Source of the DNA: Acidobacteriota bacterium
GTDB taxonomy: Bacteria > Acidobacteriota > Terriglobia > 20CM-2-55-15
Length of the DNA stretch: 64,000 nucleotides
Reading direction: 5' to 3'
Assembly: GCA_003223875.1 (NCBI GenBank)
Contig: QHWY01000105.1
Location: 9,441 to 73,440, forward strand
Positions 54,680 through 64,000 of the stretch are shown one piece after another. The position numbers and the translations under genes were made by a program. How positions within the stretch are numbered: the stretch's first letter is position 1; each line of letters begins with the position of its first letter. The notes beneath the pieces were generated by a model that saw only the letters and a program-made list of their open reading frames with translations, searched no databases and was not told where the DNA came from.

Positions 54680-55930
54680 TTAGTTTTGGGATTCTTCCAA
54701 GCGGACCAGATCCTCGTACGTTTCACGCCTGCGGATGACTTGATAAGTCTTGCCCGTCACCAGGACCTCTGCCACGCGAGGCCGCGAATTGTAATTGGAT
54801 GAAAGGCTGAAGCCGTACGCTCCGGCGCTCATGATGGCAAGGAGTTCGCCAGGCTCGAGTAAAGCGACCTCCCTGTCCTTCGCGATGAAATCGGCGGATT
54901 CGCAGACAGGCCCCACCACATCGACTGTTTCCAGTTGTTTGCCTGCCTGCTCGCGAACCGGCCACAGTTGATGATGAGATCCGTATAAGGCGGGACGGAT
55001 CAGATCATTCATTCCTGAATCGACGATAAGAAACTTTTTCGTGCCCTGGTTCTTTTTCAAAAGAACCCGCGCGAGCAAAATACCCGCGTTGCCGGCAATG
55101 ACGCGTCCTGGTTCGAGCACGATCGTTAGTCCCAGATCCTTTGTTGCCCTCGCCACGGTCTCGCCATAAACGGCTGGTGATGGTGGTTCTTCGGTACTGT
55201 ATGAGATGCCAAGGCCACCACCGAAATCGAGATACTTTAAAGCGACATCATCCGATTTCAATTCGAGAATGAATTGCCGGAGACTCGCAAGGGCTTCCTC
55301 GAACGGCCCCATTTCTGTAATCTGCGATCCCAAATGACATTGTACGCCCACGACCTCGACATTCGAGAGCCCACGCGTGTTTCGATAGAGCGCTCTGGCT
55401 TCGGGAAGACTCACGCCGAATTTGTGTTTCTGCATTCCAGTCGAAATGTACGGATGCGTGCGCGGATCAACGTCGGGATTGGCGCGAATAGAAATCCGTG
55501 CTTTCTTTCCGCCGTCGCGCGCAATACTGTGAATCAATTCCAACTCTGCACTGGACTCCACATTGAAGAAGAGAATATTCGTATCGAGCGCATATCGAAT
55601 TTCGTCCGAGGTCTTACCAACGCCCGCAAAGATTACTTTTTCAGCAGAGCCGCCGGCACGTAAGACTCGGAACAATTCGCCGCCCGAGACGATGTCGAAA
55701 CCTGTTCCCCACGCGACAAATCGCCGAAGGATATTGATGTTCGAATTGGCTTTGACCGCGTAACAAATCAGGTGGGGTACGGATTGTAAAGCCTCGTCAA
55801 AGACGCGAACATGCCGTTCGAGTGTCCGCTCGCTATAGACATATACCGGGGTGCCCACCTCTTGGGCAATCCGCGCGAGCGGAACCTCTTCGCAATACAG
55901 CTCGCCGGCTTGGTACTGAAAGTAGTGCAT
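54680..55930 (-). CDS. lysA: Diaminopimelate decarboxylase
   Basis: YAVKANSN, DIVSGGEL, HPYISTG..KHKFG, HLGSQI, EPGR, GPVCESAD, GAYG..LSSNYNSRP. Confidence 0.96.
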   Translation of the reverse strand: MHYFQYQAGELYCEEVPLARIAQEVGTPVYVYSERTLERHVRVFDEALQSVPHLICYAVKANSNINILRRFVAWGTGFDIVSGGELFRVLRAGGSAEKVIFAGVGKTSDEIRYALDTNILFFNVESSAELELIHSIARDGGKKARISIRANPDVDPRTHPYISTGMQKHKFGVSLPEARALYRNTRGLSNVEVVGVQCHLGSQITEMGPFEEALASLRQFILELKSDDVALKYLDFGGGLGISYSTEEPPSPAVYGETVARATKDLGLTIVLEPGRVIAGNAGILLARVLLKKNQGTKKFLIVDSGMNDLIRPALYGSHHQLWPVREQAGKQLETVDVVGPVCESADFIAKDREVALLEPGELLAIMSAGAYGFSLSSNYNSRPRVAEVLVTGKTYQVIRRRETYEDLVRLEESQN

Positions 55931-55982
55931 GCCGCATTATAGAAGGTTTGAAAATGACAAATTGGTCACTGTCCCCGAATTG

Positions 55983-56696
55983 TCATTGCTGTTTGGTGCG
56001 GGAACCGAGTAACGCTTTCCGCTGAGCGGGGGTGAGAAGTCGCGCCACCTTAGCCATCGTGGCTTTTTCCAGATCGGCGAGCTTGCCAGGGTCGGGACGA
56101 CCTTGAGCCTCGCGGAAGAGTTGAGCGCGCAGCTTGGCGTCTTCTGTATACAGTCCCTGGATCTGCGGCTCCTGCTCGGCAGTCAGCGGCGCGCCGGCTT
56201 CTTCCATAACGACCTTCAGAGCCGCAAATCCTCCGCCTTTTTTGATCTCGTCGTTCTGGAATTTCTTGAAGGCGGTCTGTTGATCCGGCTTCAGGACAGC
56301 GTTGATCTTCGACATGAGATCATCATTCATGCGTTTCAGTTCTTGCGCCGCCGCACCATCCGCTAGCGCGGCAATACCACTCGCATCACCACGGCCGCGA
56401 CGTTCACCGCCGCCACGACGTTCTCCGCGCCCAACAAAACGGTCGCTGATGTCCTGGAGTTGCTTGATAGCGGCTTCAACCGCCGGCCTCAACGTCCTTT
56501 CTTGATCGGAACTGAGCATGATGCTTGCTTTAGCAAGGAAGGCTTTGACTTGTTCCATCGGATTGACGGAATCGACTCTAGTGAACACCTGGGCTCCGCC
56601 GCCACCGCCGGCGAAGGGACCGGAAGGGGCATCGTCCTGAGCGAGCAGAGGCATCGCAGCAAGCAGAAGAGTGGCGATTGTCCAAAAAATTCTCAT
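55983..56696 (-). CDS. Secreted helical protein with LTxxQ-like motifs (Spy/CpxP-like)
   Basis: Signal peptide; LSSDQ, LKPDQ, LTAEQ, LTPAQ. Confidence 0.65.
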   Translation of the reverse strand: MRIFWTIATLLLAAMPLLAQDDAPSGPFAGGGGGAQVFTRVDSVNPMEQVKAFLAKASIMLSSDQERTLRPAVEAAIKQLQDISDRFVGRGERRGGGERRGRGDASGIAALADGAAAQELKRMNDDLMSKINAVLKPDQQTAFKKFQNDEIKKGGGFAALKVVMEEAGAPLTAEQEPQIQGLYTEDAKLRAQLFREAQGRPDPGKLADLEKATMAKVARLLTPAQRKALLGSRTKQQ

Positions 56697-56710
56697 AATG
56701 TCAGCCAATT

Positions 56711-57015
56711 TCGCCACGAAGCGGCGTCAATACAATAGCCCAGGGCGTAAGCCCTGGGCTATTTGCTCGCAGCGGAAAGACCTCAAAGGGCGACATATTC
56801 TGCCGCCCCTTCCAGGCTTTGCACAAAAAATACATCGTGGGCGCTCATAGAACGCCCCCACAGTTGCACACCCCACGCTGTAGGGGCGGTCTATGACCGC
56901 CCAGGATTTTTTGTGCAAAGCCGCCCCTTCCAGGGGCTTTTCCATCAACTCTACAGCTTCCCAGGGCTAACGCCCTGGGCTATATTCTGTCGCCGCTTCG
57001 CGGCGAAACAAATTC
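56711..57015. repeat. Composite REP-like element (CCCAGGG family) interrupted by a MITE
   Basis: tagcccagggcgtaagccctgggcta and cccagggctaacgccctggg hairpins; colinear with 33711-33900. Confidence 0.8.
56815..56922. mobile_element. 108-bp MITE, copy 2 (inverted relative to copy 1)
   Basis: TIR ggctttgcacaaaaaa; 10-bp duplication gccccttcca (56805-56814 / 56923-56932). Confidence 0.9.
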
Positions 57016-57019
57016 GTCG

Positions 57020-59788
57020 TTAGAAGTTGAACCTCAGGCCAAGTTCAATCTGCCGCGCCGAACGCGCGGTACTGATAGCGCGTCCGAAGAAAGGCGACGT
57101 CATCGTGCCGATATAGTTCCCATACTGCACGTTGTTCAGTAAATTCTGGAACTGGGCTCGAAACGTCATCGTCGGCCCGATGTTCTGTTGATTGAATCCT
57201 CCATTGGGTCCGCGATTCCCGCCCGGACCTCCGCGCTGCCCTCCCAATGGGCCACCACCGCGCTGCCCACCCGGCAAACCACCGCCAGGTAAACCGCCAC
57301 GCTGCGGGTCAGCGAAATTATTGCCGCCGGTAGCGCCGCCGTTACCCGCCCTGGTGCCCGGAGGTGATTGCTCTGTTCTTTTCAGCTTTACCGTCTTCTG
57401 TACGTTCAAATTGATGTTGAAGAGTCCCGATCCGACGCCACTATTGCGTGGAATCATCTTACCCGTAAGCGGGTCAATCGGACGCTCGTTGATCACACCG
57501 TCATTGTAATAGGACGTCCCTGTCGTGATGTTGTAGGGCCGGCTCGAAGCCCAGTTCACCTGTGTCGTCAAGTTCAAACCTAAGGGCATAATCCAATTCG
57601 CTCCCGTAAAAACACGATGCCGGGTATCGAATCCGGAACGGCCCCACTCGGAGTGCATGTCATAGCTGTCGACAGGTAGACTCTGCCAACCATCAGTGTC
57701 GCTCTTGGTATAACCCAACGTGTAGTTACCGAAGACTCGCAGATTCCATTTATTCTGAAGCTGCTCCTGCCAACCGATGCTGTAGTTATTCGATCTCGAA
57801 TTACCGGTGGACTCCAGACGAAAGATAGGTCCTTGAGACGGATCGAGGACGTCACTCCCGGGAACCAGCGGGGCATTGATATTCCTGCTGCGATACAAGT
57901 GCATCCCGCGATTGCCATACCACGAAAATGTCAGAGCCAAGCCCTTTGGGAGACTTTTTTCCAAAGAAATCGATGCGTCTGTGGTGTACGGCAGGACCAA
58001 CTCCAAAGCGCGCGTCCGCCGCGAGATCGGTATTGAGGAAACATCGAAGTTCAGAAATGGGTCCGGAAACGATGGATGCGCGATCACAATTTGCTGCTGC
58101 CGCGCGCCATCCAGCCGCATCAAACCTTCGACGATTCCGATGTCCAGTCGCTGATGAAAAACGCCTAAACCGCCGCGCAGCGCCATTGTTTTTGTCAGTT
58201 GATAGGCGAAGCCCATCCGAGGGTCGAGGTTGTGATGAGCGCTGGTGTTGGTCTGGGCTTCGTACCTGGCTCCGAAGGACAGATTCAATTTCTTTGTCAT
58301 TTTCCAGTCGTTCTGGATAAACGACGCCATCTCGAACTGGTTCACGACGAGCAGCGGATTGCCGAGCGTCTGTGTAAACTGCAGGGGCCTTCCAGCGAGA
58401 TAAAGGTCAAGACTCGAAAACGTATACGTTCCGAGAAAATTATTCTCCTGTTTAGAATGGTTCATTCGGTAGAGACCTTGGAAACCGGTCTTTACCGTCC
58501 ACTTCGCCCCTGAATACATCAATAAGTTGCTGAACTCGGAATTCCGGTTGTTGCTCAGATTGTTGTTCTGCCCGCCTCCGCCATTAAACGAATCAAGAAC
58601 GTTGATCGCTTGAGTAGCCAGACGGGGCGTGGTTTGCGAAAAATCTTTCCGGTATTCGAACCGGACCTCGTGCACGAGCGCCTTCGTTAGAACAGCGGTC
58701 TCTCGCACTTGAAATTCGGAATTGCGGACGACATTGTCGGACGCGCGATCTGCTAGCGTCGTCGGCCCGCCAAAAAGCTGATTGAGTCTTTGTTGATGCT
58801 GATTCTGGTAATTGACGTATAGCGTGTTGTTCTTGTCGATCGCAAACTGGCTGCGGGCATTCAGGTTTTTGTTCCTGTTCGGCGTCACAATGGGCGCCGA
58901 AAAGTTCTGAGTGGTCCCATCCGAACCCAGAATGATGGCCCGAATGGTATTCGTATTTTCGTTTAAGAAATGGCGTGCGTTCAGGTTCAGCGAAAGCTTG
59001 TTCCGAATGATGGGACCGCTGAAATTGGTTTGATAATTATGAGTTTCGGAAGGCGGCTTGACCGCTGGGGATCCATCCTTAGTCGTCAGGAAGGGATCAC
59101 GGGCGTTGAGCGCTTGATTCCTGAACTCCAGGTTCAGCAGGCCATGATAGTCGCCCGTTCCCGCTTTGGTGATTATTTCCGTCCGGCCGTACCCGATGCC
59201 GCTGAACTCCGAACTGAATGGATTATTGCTGATGCGGATTTCCTGAATCTGGTCCTTTGGAGGGACGCGGCCACCGGTGAACCCATCGATTACAAAAGTG
59301 GCGTTGCCGCCGGCGCCGCCACGCGAGCCCGCAATTTCCTGCAGATACTGCGTGAGTTCGTCTTCGTTATCCGGCAGCGTATCGATGAACTCTTTGCCAA
59401 GAACCGTTGCTTGAAGACTCGAATCCGGATCGATGCTGATCTCGTTGCGCGTTTCGGTAACTTCGACGTTCTGCGTGATCTGCGCGAGCGACATGGTGAT
59501 GGAAAGAGGCCCCATATCGGGGGTGACCTTCACCATTTCCGTATAGGTATCGAAATCCGTGGCCGCAATTTCCAGCTTGTAGTCACCCGGCTCAGCAGGT
59601 AAGTCGAATTCGCCCGTGCCGGTGCTGGTTGCTTCTCTAACGACTCGATCGCCCTGATAAAGCTTGATCTGAACTCCGGGCATTACCGATCCCGTAGAGT
59701 CCATCACCCGGCCTTTTATTTTTCCGGATTGTCCAAAGAGTGTCGTGACGGTGAGGAGCGTCAGCAACAGCGCGAACCGACTCCGCAT
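57020..59788 (-). CDS. TonB-dependent receptor-like outer-membrane protein
   Basis: Signal peptide; carboxypeptidase-regulatory domain; IQEIRI..NPFSSEF; C-terminal RQIELGLRFNF. Confidence 0.88.
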   Translation of the reverse strand: MRSRFALLLTLLTVTTLFGQSGKIKGRVMDSTGSVMPGVQIKLYQGDRVVREATSTGTGEFDLPAEPGDYKLEIAATDFDTYTEMVKVTPDMGPLSITMSLAQITQNVEVTETRNEISIDPDSSLQATVLGKEFIDTLPDNEDELTQYLQEIAGSRGGAGGNATFVIDGFTGGRVPPKDQIQEIRISNNPFSSEFSGIGYGRTEIITKAGTGDYHGLLNLEFRNQALNARDPFLTTKDGSPAVKPPSETHNYQTNFSGPIIRNKLSLNLNARHFLNENTNTIRAIILGSDGTTQNFSAPIVTPNRNKNLNARSQFAIDKNNTLYVNYQNQHQQRLNQLFGGPTTLADRASDNVVRNSEFQVRETAVLTKALVHEVRFEYRKDFSQTTPRLATQAINVLDSFNGGGGQNNNLSNNRNSEFSNLLMYSGAKWTVKTGFQGLYRMNHSKQENNFLGTYTFSSLDLYLAGRPLQFTQTLGNPLLVVNQFEMASFIQNDWKMTKKLNLSFGARYEAQTNTSAHHNLDPRMGFAYQLTKTMALRGGLGVFHQRLDIGIVEGLMRLDGARQQQIVIAHPSFPDPFLNFDVSSIPISRRTRALELVLPYTTDASISLEKSLPKGLALTFSWYGNRGMHLYRSRNINAPLVPGSDVLDPSQGPIFRLESTGNSRSNNYSIGWQEQLQNKWNLRVFGNYTLGYTKSDTDGWQSLPVDSYDMHSEWGRSGFDTRHRVFTGANWIMPLGLNLTTQVNWASSRPYNITTGTSYYNDGVINERPIDPLTGKMIPRNSGVGSGLFNINLNVQKTVKLKRTEQSPPGTRAGNGGATGGNNFADPQRGGLPGGGLPGGQRGGGPLGGQRGGPGGNRGPNGGFNQQNIGPTMTFRAQFQNLLNNVQYGNYIGTMTSPFFGRAISTARSARQIELGLRFNF

Positions 59789-59808
59789 CGAGTGCTCTCC
59801 GATCCTGT

Positions 59809-60252
59809 CTAATCCAGCCGCGGCCCACCGCCATCTCGATAGAAGTCAGGGACTTTAAGGTCGCCACCCTGATTTTTCCTGCGCTCATCCATTTTCCGGC
59901 GGAACTCTTCGTATTTTTTCAACTGCTCGTTATTGAGAAGCGCGCGAATCTTTATCCGCGATGCCTCTCGGATGGCATCGAATTTGGGCTGGGCTTCATC
60001 GCGCAGCTCTCTAAATTCCCGGCGCGTCTCTTCGCCGATTTTGCGCATCTGCTCCCGCTGAGCCAGATTCAGACCCAAATAGTCGTAAAACTTGTTGATG
60101 TCGCGCTGCGCGCGTTCCGCACGCGAAGTGGAGGTATCGGGGGCACTGGCCACGCGAGTCGTATAGAAATTTGCGATCACTATCCCGGTGGCGATACCGA
60201 TGAAGAATACGCTGAACACCAAAAACTTTGCTTTCAAGGAACGGACAATCAT
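59809..60252 (-). CDS. Membrane-anchored periplasmic helical protein (Spy/CpxP/heavy-metal-sensor-like)
   Basis: N-terminal TM; LGLNLAQ and LLNNEQ motifs. Confidence 0.7.
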   Translation of the reverse strand: MIVRSLKAKFLVFSVFFIGIATGIVIANFYTTRVASAPDTSTSRAERAQRDINKFYDYLGLNLAQREQMRKIGEETRREFRELRDEAQPKFDAIREASRIKIRALLNNEQLKKYEEFRRKMDERRKNQGGDLKVPDFYRDGGGPRLD

Positions 60253-60599
60253 TGTTGCTCCTCCGGTGCGATCATTTGCTGCATCACAACTTCCCTGGCC
60301 GGAACACCTGTGTCGTTATAAACGAAGCTCTCCGCCACACTTTGTTCGGCCTCCAGAAACGATTCGACGACTCCGCTTTGCGGCATCTGCGGAATCCAGA
60401 GTTCAGCAAGGACAAAGCACAAAATCAGCGCCAACGCCATGGCCAGCACCGGGCGCGCAGAGCTCGGGATGATTTCCCAGATTCCGTACTCCCATGCCGA
60501 ACCTTCCGTCAGCCGCGCCATGACGCGTTCGCTAAAGAACGCATCCGGCTCGAAGATTCTTTTTTTCTCTGACTCGAAAAATTTTCTAAGTTGATTCAT
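60249..60599 (-). CDS. Putative single-pass anti-sigma factor
   Basis: P.AFF.ERVMARL motif plus TM helix; overlaps the sigma gene end. Confidence 0.65.
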   Translation of the reverse strand: MNQLRKFFESEKKRIFEPDAFFSERVMARLTEGSAWEYGIWEIIPSSARPVLAMALALILCFVLAELWIPQMPQSGVVESFLEAEQSVAESFVYNDTGVPAREVVMQQMIAPEEQQ

Positions 60600-61287
60600 T
60601 TTCCCTTCTCTTCGGCTCACGCTGCTTGTCTTCATCAGCGTCGGGCCCACCATTCATTGATGGCTGCGCCCTACCGGGCTTGCATTCGCTACCGCTCATG
60701 CCGGATTGGCTTCGGTACACCGTTCGGCGGCCTTTTTCCTTCCGGACGGTCCCCGCACGCCCAGGCTCGTCCAACATGCTCGCCAGCTTCTTGCGGGCTC
60801 TGAACAAGCGGACCTTTACATTAGTCTGTGTGAGGCCCATTGTTCGAGCAATTTCTTCTACCGACATCTCTTCCACTTCTTTCAGGAGCAGCGGAATCCT
60901 CAATTTTGGATCCAAACGTTCAACCGCCAACTTCGCTTTGCCGAGCGAATCGGGCTCGTGGGGCGCAACGGAGGCTGCTCCCGCCGCTTCCGGTCCGTAA
61001 GTTTCCATCGCCACTTTGCGGCGTCGCGTCTTTCGGAGCTCGTCATAACAAGTATTCACGGTCACCCGAGCAAGCCAGCCCGGAAAATTTTCGTCCGGAC
61101 GGACTTGATCGATCCGGGCGAAGAGCTTCAAGAAAACATCTTGAGCGAGGTCTTCCACATCTTCGCGTGTGCGAAAAAAGCGGCTGATAAGCCGGAATAC
61201 CATCGGAGCGAATTGGTCAACGATGGTCTCGCAAGCCGATCGATCGCCCGCCTTCGCGCGAGCAATAAGCTCGCGATCAAATTCCAT
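60586..61287 (-). CDS. ECF RNA polymerase sigma factor with C-terminal tail
   Basis: D.ELIARA.AGD, DVEDLAQDVF, WLARV..N.C.D, EEIA..MG....NVKVRLFRAR. Confidence 0.92.
   Translation of the reverse strand: MEFDRELIARAKAGDRSACETIVDQFAPMVFRLISRFFRTREDVEDLAQDVFLKLFARIDQVRPDENFPGWLARVTVNTCYDELRKTRRRKVAMETYGPEAAGAASVAPHEPDSLGKAKLAVERLDPKLRIPLLLKEVEEMSVEEIARTMGLTQTNVKVRLFRARKKLASMLDEPGRAGTVRKEKGRRTVYRSQSGMSGSECKPGRAQPSMNGGPDADEDKQREPKRRENEST
60656..60689 (-). repeat. ~37-nt mini-hairpin element inside the sigma coding tail
   Basis: Minus strand gcgaatgcaagcccggtagggcgcagccatcaat matches the family at 3285, 3361, 19434, 19451. Confidence 0.7.
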
Positions 61288-61295
61288 AAAGCCAA

Positions 61296-61322
61296 TACGT
61301 CATGTAGATACTTGGGGTTACA
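61296..61322 (-). promoter_or_regulatory. Putative ECF autoregulatory promoter
   Basis: TGTAAC-N17-CGTA ending 8 nt before the sigma ATG (AAC/CGT ECF consensus). Confidence 0.55.
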
Positions 61323-61616
61323 CCCGCATTTCGAATATAAAGAATGTGGAAAACCCAAACCGGCGCGCCGAAAGACTAACGTGTCCAGCCATCAACAGCA
61401 AGTCTAGTAGTGTAAAACACCACGACCTACGCCCAAGCCTAAGTTACATATAGGTTTAACCAATGATACTCTTAGCGCGATGGAGGAGACAGATGGAAGA
61501 CACATATGTTTAAGGCAGGTCTATGGATTGCGCCGCGAGATTGCGCCGTGAAAATGCTCGTATTCTCGGCCGCTGAGAGTTCGAGAGCGAACTACTGATT
61601 ATACCTGCCGCCCGTC

Positions 61617-63998
61617 TCAGAACGTGTACCGCAGTGCCGCAATCACGCGGCGGTTTCCCCCATCGGTTCCCCACTGATTCAGGAAATTGGAGGAATTCAC
61701 GCGACCTTCGGGAATACCGAAATTGCGGGAGTTCGTCGCATCATACATCTCGACGCGGAACTGGACGTTGTGGCCTTCCCTGATCCGCGTATTCTTGATA
61801 TACCCAAACCCGATATCTGCGATCCTATCGGCACGAATCGTGTTACGCCCAACGTTTCCCACGCGGACCCCGGCGGGCAACTGGCTGAACAGGGAAGCCC
61901 CTCCGGCCTTGATTAGTTCGGGAACGCTCATCCTCGATGTGTCGAGCGTGGTATTGAGATTGGGTCGGATAGCATTCCCGACCAGGCTGGCGATCCCGCT
62001 GAGCGCACCCGTCGGATCAGATCCATTTAAGATGGTGAATGGCGCCCCGCTTTGGAATGTAAAGAACGAATTCAGTTGCCAGCCGCCGATCGCGTGGCCA
62101 AGCACGCCAGGTTGACTGCGGAGAAATGGCAGCTCATAGACGAAATTTCCCGTGAAACGGTGCGGCCGGTCATAGGTCGAACGCGCGCGGTCCGCGCGCC
62201 GGTTGAAGGAATCTTGTGAGACTGCCACTTCACCGCTGGACGGATTAAAGATCTCCGACGCATCGTCGATGAATGCGCTCCAAGTGTAATGCAAGCCGGC
62301 ACTGAGATTGCGGCTCAAGCGCTTTTCGCCGCTGACCTGCAGGGAATGGTAAATCGATGACGCGGCATTCGCCCGCCTCCGGATCACTCCGCGCGTCGGG
62401 TCCAGCCGCTGCGTTGAGAACGGCAGCCGGGGATTCCCGTCAAGCGTTTGGAAGAGAGACGTACCCTTTGTTCCTACGTAACCGAGACGGAATACGAGAT
62501 TGGAAGTCAGCTCGCGCTGAACCTCCAAACTGTATTGGTCGGCGGCAGGCGATCGGAAGTCGCCAGCGACAACAGTCCGTGTAAGCATCAATGGGTCGAG
62601 GCCTGCGGGTTGAGCCGCAGCCAACAGGGTGAACGCCCCGGCAACACCGGTTCCGCCTCCGGGCTGCGCCGTTGCGACGGGCGTGATTGTGGCTACAAAG
62701 GGGAACGAACTCGCGATATTCAAACCAATATTGAGGAAACCATAATCGTTGGTCCTCGAATAGCCGCCGCGCAGCACGAATTTGTTTCCGCCCGTGAACC
62801 AACCAATCGGACCCCTGGTTGTGGTGCGCGGGTTCCAATTGAAACCGAGCCGCGGTTGCAAATTGTTGATGTCGCGCTCGGGCACAGGGGCCAGCGCATA
62901 ACGCTGATCGCCGCCCGCCTGAACGATCTTACGGTTCAAAGGCACGAGACTCGCGACAGAGTTACCGGGGAGTTCATATCTTAGACCATACGTCAATGTA
63001 AGACTGTTCTTGACCTTCCATTCGTCCTGTCCATAAAAGAACAGGTCGTACCAATTGTAATAATTAATGGCTTCACCGCCGGGCAGCGGCTTGTTGATCG
63101 TCGCCGCGAGATCTGCGACATCGTCTACAAAGCGTTGCAGGGTTGAGTAACTGAGCAGGCCTCGAATTGAGGGGAAGAAGAAGCTCTTCAGCTCGATTTT
63201 TCGGACGTCGCCGCCGAACTTCAGCGCATGATTTCCTTTGAGGTAAGAAAAGTTGTCTTGCAACTGGTATGTATTGTTGAACCGGTATTGAGGAAGGTTC
63301 GCCGCAAGTCCTATCGCTGTTCGCGAGGTCCCGGAGTTGAAGCCGGTCAAACCCAGTTCGGAAATTTCAATTGAAGGTATTTCCTCGGAGCGGGGATCCG
63401 AAGCGGTGGTTGTGGATCCAAGCCGCTGGTATGCGGCGCGAACCTCATTCACCATGCGGCTCGACAATGCGCTGGTGAGCCAGATGTTTGCGGCCTGCTG
63501 CCGCTGCGGCTGAATTGTTGATAGTCCCGGAGGCGTGACTTGCGCGTCCCCCTCTTTTATACGATCGGTGAAAAGATAGCGCCCGCTCAGTATATGCCGA
63601 TCGGTCAGCTTTTGGTCGATGCGTCCAGTGAACTGATCGTCCCTGACCTTGACTGTGGTTGAACCGGTGAGCGAACCCAGTGGAACGGCGAAAGTTTGGC
63701 CGCCCAGTGTAAAGGGTGCAGACCTGTTGATCGGTGTCTGCGCAGCGGGCAGGAATTTCAATAGCGCAGCGACTTGCGGCCGGGTTCCGGCCACGGATTG
63801 TAAAATCTGGCGTCCCGGCTCGGTCGGAGCGCCGTTCAACGTACTTCCAGATCCAAGCTGTCTGTCGGTCCAGTGCTGATAAGATCCAAAAAAGAAAGTG
63901 CGATCCTTGATAATCGGGCCACCCACGGTCCCGCCGATCTGGTTTTCGATACGCCATGGAGACGTCGGTCTCGCCTTCTTGTCCAAATTGCTTCGTGC
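61617..63998 (-). CDS. TonB-dependent receptor (Oar-like), 5' truncated by window edge
   Basis: NQ.GGTVGGPIIKDRTFFF, QDEWKV, LTYGLRYE, terminal RRVIAALRYTF. Confidence 0.9.
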   Translation of the reverse strand, partial: ARSNLDKKARPTSPWRIENQIGGTVGGPIIKDRTFFFGSYQHWTDRQLGSGSTLNGAPTEPGRQILQSVAGTRPQVAALLKFLPAAQTPINRSAPFTLGGQTFAVPLGSLTGSTTVKVRDDQFTGRIDQKLTDRHILSGRYLFTDRIKEGDAQVTPPGLSTIQPQRQQAANIWLTSALSSRMVNEVRAAYQRLGSTTTASDPRSEEIPSIEISELGLTGFNSGTSRTAIGLAANLPQYRFNNTYQLQDNFSYLKGNHALKFGGDVRKIELKSFFFPSIRGLLSYSTLQRFVDDVADLAATINKPLPGGEAINYYNWYDLFFYGQDEWKVKNSLTLTYGLRYELPGNSVASLVPLNRKIVQAGGDQRYALAPVPERDINNLQPRLGFNWNPRTTTRGPIGWFTGGNKFVLRGGYSRTNDYGFLNIGLNIASSFPFVATITPVATAQPGGGTGVAGAFTLLAAAQPAGLDPLMLTRTVVAGDFRSPAADQYSLEVQRELTSNLVFRLGYVGTKGTSLFQTLDGNPRLPFSTQRLDPTRGVIRRRANAASSIYHSLQVSGEKRLSRNLSAGLHYTWSAFIDDASEIFNPSSGEVAVSQDSFNRRADRARSTYDRPHRFTGNFVYELPFLRSQPGVLGHAIGGWQLNSFFTFQSGAPFTILNGSDPTGALSGIASLVGNAIRPNLNTTLDTSRMSVPELIKAGGASLFSQLPAGVRVGNVGRNTIRADRIADIGFGYIKNTRIREGHNVQFRVEMYDATNSRNFGIPEGRVNSSNFLNQWGTDGGNRRVIAALRYTF

Positions 63999-64000
63999 AT

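Noticed and set aside
55931-55982. Lysine riboswitch upstream of lysA (and T-box upstream of leuS)
   Set aside because: Intergenic spaces are too short and -10 boxes abut the start codons
56727-57023. ORFs of 73 and 86 aa
   Set aside because: Translations of the REP plus MITE; near-identical peptides arise from the copy at 35354
61418-61448. Second ECF-type promoter (TGTAAC...CGT) upstream of the sigma gene
   Set aside because: Spacer is 18 nt (or 11), off the 16-17 consensus; too weak to call

Overview
Core-genome chromosomal segment from a moderately GC-rich bacterium. Gene content suggests Acidobacteriota (Oar-type TonB-dependent receptors, DUF6152-like pair, CxxCH plus copper-monooxygenase proteins), but this is an inference. 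Housekeeping blocks: ffh-rpsP-khpA-rimM-trmD-rplS; thiE; divergent pyrD-pyrF / pyrR-pyrB-pyrC; leuS; larB-mutS2-dnaG-rpoD-tRNA(CAT)-Zn-ribbon-rnhA; efp; selA; purH; lysA. Between them are secreted or periplasmic accessory genes, two ECF sigma/anti-sigma loci and four TonB-dependent receptor-like genes. There is no transposase, integrase or CRISPR array. Most notable: (1) a two-gene module present twice, a secreted c-type cytochrome fused to a PHM/DBH-type dicopper monooxygenase plus an uncharacterised secreted partner; (2) nested small repeats, including a ~37-nt element built from GCGAAGC-type mini-hairpins that inserts into itself, into other repeats and in frame into a sigma factor, and a 108-bp MITE with 9-10 bp target duplications carrying a GTAG-REP doublet; (3) a Tat-exported alpha-hydroxy-acid oxidase with a CxxCH motif; (4) EF-P with Asn (PGNW) at the normally modified Lys; (5) rimM with no canonical start codon; (6) about nine genes with a leaderless promoter architecture. 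All calls come from reading the sequence and ORF translations by eye; no database searches were run.
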